Made by a program: the position numbers and the translations under genes. A stretch of 64,000 nt of DNA, taken from Syntrophorhabdaceae bacterium. Lineage in GTDB: Bacteria; Desulfobacterota; Syntrophorhabdia; Syntrophorhabdales; Syntrophorhabdaceae. The DNA lies in assembly GCA_963665295.1 (NCBI GenBank), contig OY762209.1:4800001-4864000 (forward strand). Direction: 5' to 3'. Of this stretch, positions 60,008 through 64,000 are shown piece after piece. How positions within the stretch are numbered: the first letter of the stretch is position 1; each line of letters opens with the position of its first letter. Under the pieces are notes generated by a model, which worked only from the letters and a program-made list of their open reading frames with translations, did no database searches and was not told the origin of the DNA.

Positions 60008-61870
60008 ATGCACATACTTGGCATATCGGCATTCTATCACGATTCGGCAGCCGCCCTCATTGAGGATCAGAACATCCTTGCCGCGGCCCAGGAGGAACGT
60101 TTCACACGGAGGAAACACGACCCCTCCTTTCCCTCCCATGCCGTGCGTTACTGCCTCGATGAGGCGGGTATCGCCATCGACGAACTGGATGCGGTGGTCT
60201 TTTACGACAAGCCCTTTCTCAAGTTTGAGCGTCTCCTGGAGACCTACTACGCCTTCGCGCCAAGGGGCCTGAAATCCTTCCTCTCCGCCATACCCGTATG
60301 GATCAAGGAAAAGCTCATGTTGAAGAAGCTTATCCTTGACGAACTGGGGCTCATTGAGCCTTTTGACAAGAAGAAGGTCACCCTCCTCTTTCCCGAGCAC
60401 CACCTTTCCCATGCGGCAAGCGCCTTTTACCCTTCTCCTTTTGAAGAGTCGGCAATCCTTACCGTGGACGGCGTGGGTGAGTGGGCAACCACTTCCATCT
60501 GTTACGGGACAGGAAAAGATATTGAGATCTTTCGCGAATTGAAGTTTCCCCACTCGGTGGGACTCCTCTATTCCGCCTTCACCTATTACCTCGGATTCAG
60601 GGTCAACTCGGGGGAATACAAGCTCATGGGGCTTGCCCCCTATGGAAATCCCGCCTCGGAGCGGACCACACGGTTCAAAGAGATCATCAAAAAGGAACTC
60701 GTAGACATCAAGGATGACGGCTCAATAAACCTGAACCAGGATTACTTCGATTATGCGGCGGGACTCAGGATGGCAAAGGACGATAAGTGGGCGGGCCTTT
60801 TCGGGTTCCCCGTAAGGGAAGCCGAGGGCGACCTCCTCCCCGAACATTGCGACCTTGCCCTCGCGATTCAAAAGGTAACCGAAGAGGTCATCCTAAAGCT
60901 GGCCCGGGAGACAAAACGGCTGACCGGTTCAAAACACCTTTGCCTCGCCGGAGGGGTTGCCCTCAACTGCGTGGCAAACGGGAAACTCCTGAAGGAAGAC
61001 CTTTTTGACGAGGTATGGATACAGCCCGCCGCAGGCGACGCGGGTGGCGCCCTGGGAGCCGCCTTTGCGGCATACCATATTCATTTCAACCGGGAACGGG
61101 AGCATCACTCAGGGACCGACATAATGAAGGGTTCTTATCTCGGACCCATTTTTTCGGACATGGACATTATCCGGACCGCAAAGAAACGCAAAGCCGTCTA
61201 CACGAGCTATGCGGACTTCGACAGCCTGTGTGAAAAGGTGGCCGAACTTATCGATCGCGGAAACGTGGTGGGATGGTTCCAGGACAGGATGGAATTCGGG
61301 CCGCGGGCCCTGGGAAACAGGAGCATCATCGCAGACGCGAGAAACCCCGAGATGCAAAGAAAACTCAATCTGAAGATAAAGTTCAGGGAGGGCTTCCGTC
61401 CTTTTGCGCCGTCAGTCCTCGTCGAAGATTCGACAGAGTTTTTCGATATCGATACCGCATCACCTTATATGCTCCTCGTGGCGGACGTAAAAGAGACCCG
61501 GAGGAATAGGCTGCCAAAGGATTACCACGCCCTTCCATGGAGGGACAAGCTCTATTACCTTCGTTCCGACGTACCTGCCATCACCCACATCGACTATACG
61601 GCCCGTCTCCAGACGGTTCACAAGGAAACCAATCCGAAGTACTGGCGCCTGATCAACCGGTTTAAAGAGAGGACCGGTTACGGGGTAATCATAAACACGA
61701 GCTTCAACGTGCGCGGTGAGCCCATAGTTTTGAGCCCCGACGATGCATACAGGTGTTTTATGAGGACGGAGATGGATTACCTGGTAGTGGGTAATGTGCT
61801 CTTCTCCAAGAAAGACCAGCCGGAGTGGCGTGAGAAAGGCGACTGGAGAGAGACCTATGGGCTCGATTAA
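60008..61870 (+). CDS. NodU/CmcH/SxtI-family O-carbamoyltransferase
   Basis: HDSAAA, EHHLSHAASAF, DGVGE, GEYKLMGLAPYG, AGGVALN, EFGPRALGNRS, KFREGFRPFAP, NTSFN. Confidence 0.95.
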   Translation: MHILGISAFYHDSAAALIEDQNILAAAQEERFTRRKHDPSFPSHAVRYCLDEAGIAIDELDAVVFYDKPFLKFERLLETYYAFAPRGLKSFLSAIPVWIKEKLMLKKLILDELGLIEPFDKKKVTLLFPEHHLSHAASAFYPSPFEESAILTVDGVGEWATTSICYGTGKDIEIFRELKFPHSVGLLYSAFTYYLGFRVNSGEYKLMGLAPYGNPASERTTRFKEIIKKELVDIKDDGSINLNQDYFDYAAGLRMAKDDKWAGLFGFPVREAEGDLLPEHCDLALAIQKVTEEVILKLARETKRLTGSKHLCLAGGVALNCVANGKLLKEDLFDEVWIQPAAGDAGGALGAAFAAYHIHFNREREHHSGTDIMKGSYLGPIFSDMDIIRTAKKRKAVYTSYADFDSLCEKVAELIDRGNVVGWFQDRMEFGPRALGNRSIIADARNPEMQRKLNLKIKFREGFRPFAPSVLVEDSTEFFDIDTASPYMLLVADVKETRRNRLPKDYHALPWRDKLYYLRSDVPAITHIDYTARLQTVHKETNPKYWRLINRFKERTGYGVIINTSFNVRGEPIVLSPDDAYRCFMRTEMDYLVVGNVLFSKKDQPEWREKGDWRETYGLD

Positions 61871-63068
61871 GAAGGTTCTCGCCAACCTCGGCCTGGCCTG
61901 CTTGACTGTCCTTTTGACCCTGCTTCTTCTGGAAGGGGCGCTCAGGTTCACTCCTTACAGGAACCTCCTCTCCTTTACCCGTTCCCATGTGCCCCAGTAC
62001 TACTACAGAACAGACCCCGTAACAGGATATGATATAAGCGAGAATTTCCCTAAGACCCAGGTTTTCCTCGATGACGGTGTGGGATACCCGATCTGGTCCA
62101 ACGGGATAGGATGCTTCGACAGGCCTTACAACGGGGAGAAAGACTTCATTCTTCTCGTGGGAGACAGTTTTACCCACGCCTTTGCCTCCTTCGAAGATAA
62201 ATGGGGTACTCTGATGGAAGCCAATCTGGGAACGAGGGTCCTCAAATGTGGTGTGAGCGGCTATGGCACAAAACAGGCATCTCTCAAGGCGGACCGCACG
62301 TGCGCCCTCGTGGGCCGTTCGCCGCAACTCATCGTGGTGGGCTATACCATGAACGATTTCATGGACGATTACCTCTTTCCCGAATATTCCGTAGTGGACG
62401 GATACTTTTACATCACCAAGGCGCTCAGGGACACCAACACGGGGGAGATTTCGACAAGAGTGCGCCGCAAGCCTCCGGTTTCTCCGCGGATATGGCTCAA
62501 GCGCCATTCCATTCTCTACAACCTTTTCGAAACCTTCACAAAACGCTATTCCCGGCAGGAAGAACGGGTCCTTTGGACGGAGGCCATCGGGGGAGAATGC
62601 TCCGACACCTTGAAATGCCCGCACCCGTGGCTGGAAAGGGCATGGAAGAGCCATTTCGAGGAGATAAGAAATTTCGGCAAACTCGGACACAGCGGCAACG
62701 CAAAAGTCCTTTTCGTGATAATACCGACCAAGGAGCAGGTATATCCGTCTCCCGCCAACGAGAAGAATGGCGATCTTGATCGCAAATATGCTATAATCCC
62801 CGAGAATATGAAGAAGGAAGGGATGTTGTACATCGACCTCCTGCCCCTTTTTCGTAAGCTTGCAGATCGGACTGCAACCAGGAACCCCAGCCTCGACCTT
62901 TACTGGGCGAAGGATGGCCACTGGAATGTGAGGGGTAACCGCCTGGCGGGCCTTCTTGTTTCACAGTATATCCTGGAACAAAATCTGGTCGAAGTACCGG
63001 ATAAGGCTGCTGCGCTGGCCCGTATCCGTGACGGGCTGCGTGCATTTACCGGCCCGCAGGGAATGTGA
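61857..63068 (+). CDS. Membrane-anchored SGNH/GDSL protein
   Basis: Single N-terminal TM; VGDSFT, GVSGYGT, MNDF, KDGHWN; overlaps the carbamoyltransferase stop. Confidence 0.85.
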   Translation: MGSIKKVLANLGLACLTVLLTLLLLEGALRFTPYRNLLSFTRSHVPQYYYRTDPVTGYDISENFPKTQVFLDDGVGYPIWSNGIGCFDRPYNGEKDFILLVGDSFTHAFASFEDKWGTLMEANLGTRVLKCGVSGYGTKQASLKADRTCALVGRSPQLIVVGYTMNDFMDDYLFPEYSVVDGYFYITKALRDTNTGEISTRVRRKPPVSPRIWLKRHSILYNLFETFTKRYSRQEERVLWTEAIGGECSDTLKCPHPWLERAWKSHFEEIRNFGKLGHSGNAKVLFVIIPTKEQVYPSPANEKNGDLDRKYAIIPENMKKEGMLYIDLLPLFRKLADRTATRNPSLDLYWAKDGHWNVRGNRLAGLLVSQYILEQNLVEVPDKAAALARIRDGLRAFTGPQGM

Positions 63069-63078
63069 GGAGGTTTTT

Positions 63079-63228
63079 ATGGGTTTGTTCGGAGATCTTT
63101 GGGGTTTTCTGAAAGAGAGAAAAAAATGGTGGCTTTTGCCCCTTATAATTGTGCTCCTGCTTTTCGCCTTTATCATAGTCCTTTCAGGCGGTTCCGCAAT
63201 AGCACCTTTCATTTACACACTTTTTTAG
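63079..63228 (+). CDS. SxtK/DUF5989-like 49-aa single-TM peptide ending FIYTLF
   Basis: GAGGAGG RBS; MGLFGDLWGFLKERKKWWLLPLIIVLLLFAFIIVLSGGSAIAPFIYTLF. Confidence 0.9.
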   Translation: MGLFGDLWGFLKERKKWWLLPLIIVLLLFAFIIVLSGGSAIAPFIYTLF

Positions 63229-63298
63229 GAGCGGGGGATGACACACGCACATGAAAGCATCTGCCGGGCCACCTTGCCCGGAACGGATATGAGCGGTT

Positions 63299-63676
63299 AT
63301 GAATAAAGAGATTCCGCCTTATAAGGTACTTGAGACGATGGGCGTCCTGGCGGCCGCCTCCCTTATCTTCGGTCTGATATTCAAGGTCGCCGCCCTTCTT
63401 TTCCTTGCCCTCGCCCTTCTGATCGTGGGGCTCTTCATAAAAGGACTCGCCCGGCTCATTACCCGCGGATGGCTCAAATTCGCCGAGGTAGTGGGCGGCA
63501 TAAATTCGCGTATCATCCTCGCCGCGGTCTTCTACCTCTTCCTCACTCCCATAGCCCTGGTCTTCCGCATGATCCACGGAGACTTTATGCGCCTCGTGAA
63601 GCAGGAGAAGGCCACCACTTACTTCACCGAAAGAAAGCACCGCTACGGCCCGGACGATCTCAAAAACCCCTGGTAG
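63299..63676 (+). CDS. SxtJ-family membrane protein
   Basis: WLKFAEVVGGINSRIILAAVFYLFLTPIAL..D.M..TYF..DLKNPW. Confidence 0.85.
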   Translation: MNKEIPPYKVLETMGVLAAASLIFGLIFKVAALLFLALALLIVGLFIKGLARLITRGWLKFAEVVGGINSRIILAAVFYLFLTPIALVFRMIHGDFMRLVKQEKATTYFTERKHRYGPDDLKNPW

Positions 63677-64000
63677 GGGAAGTCCCCGGCCCTTCGTATA
63701 ATCCTTACCCCCCGCCCTGCGTGAGTCTTGCGCAACAAGACATTCTCGTGCGGCAAGACTATTTCCGTCTTGTCGAAAAAGAACGGCAAAACACGCCCCC
63801 TGCGCCTATTTTTCCCTAATAGTATGGAATTATAAGTTTTTTGATCATTCATTCCTTTTACTGTCACGTGGCACGTTTCTTGAATCATACCTGGTGTGGC
63901 ACGACAACAGGGGTCAATGGCCACACGATTGGGTCACATGTAAATGAGCGGCATCTATGGAGGTGTGCATGGAGCGGAACGCAGTAAGCGATGTCTCGGA

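Noticed and set aside
60008..63676. Saxitoxin biosynthesis (sxtI/J/K homologues)
   Set aside because: No sxtA, sxtG or other core genes; the context is glycosyltransferases and SGNH proteins.
63680..64000. Feature in the terminal 320 bp
   Set aside because: Looks intergenic; no supportable ORF or RNA before the window ends.

Overview
A 64-kb chromosomal segment of a strictly anaerobic, deltaproteobacterial-type organism; the gene content suggests a Syntrophorhabdus-like Desulfobacterota member (inference). Left to right: valS (partial) and dgt; a YtkA-like gene with a decayed TolC; a PAS protein; lpxK-leuA-leuC-leuD-asd (no leuB); a ~1880-aa CheB-CheR-PAS-GAF-kinase-receiver hybrid; an mvhD-metV-metF plus split glutamate synthase operon; a class I glutamine amidotransferase; DUF3300/DUF2950; a PAS kinase; TetR-sdaA; an acyl-CoA ligase/SDR/thiolase/TRAP catabolic cluster; type III glnA; two tandem amtB-glnK modules; a mesB-like gene with nadK-recN-argA-pmbA; and an envelope-glycan locus. 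Two main leads. (1) A NodU-type carbamoyltransferase with SxtJ, three SGNH proteins and a 49-aa single-TM peptide ending FIYTLF, which matches the FIYxxF acyl-shuttle motif of DltX/AlgI-type systems; this suggests an MBOAT-free trans-membrane carbamoylation pathway. (2) An RNA-level nitrogen regulon: canonical ANTAR dual-hairpin/terminator leaders upstream of amtB1 and of the mvhD-metVF-GOGAT operon, plus a duplicated, covarying ~110-nt leader shared by glnA and amtB2 that I cannot assign to a known family. No rRNA, tRNA, CRISPR array or intact transposase was seen. All calls come from motif recognition by eye; no searches were run.
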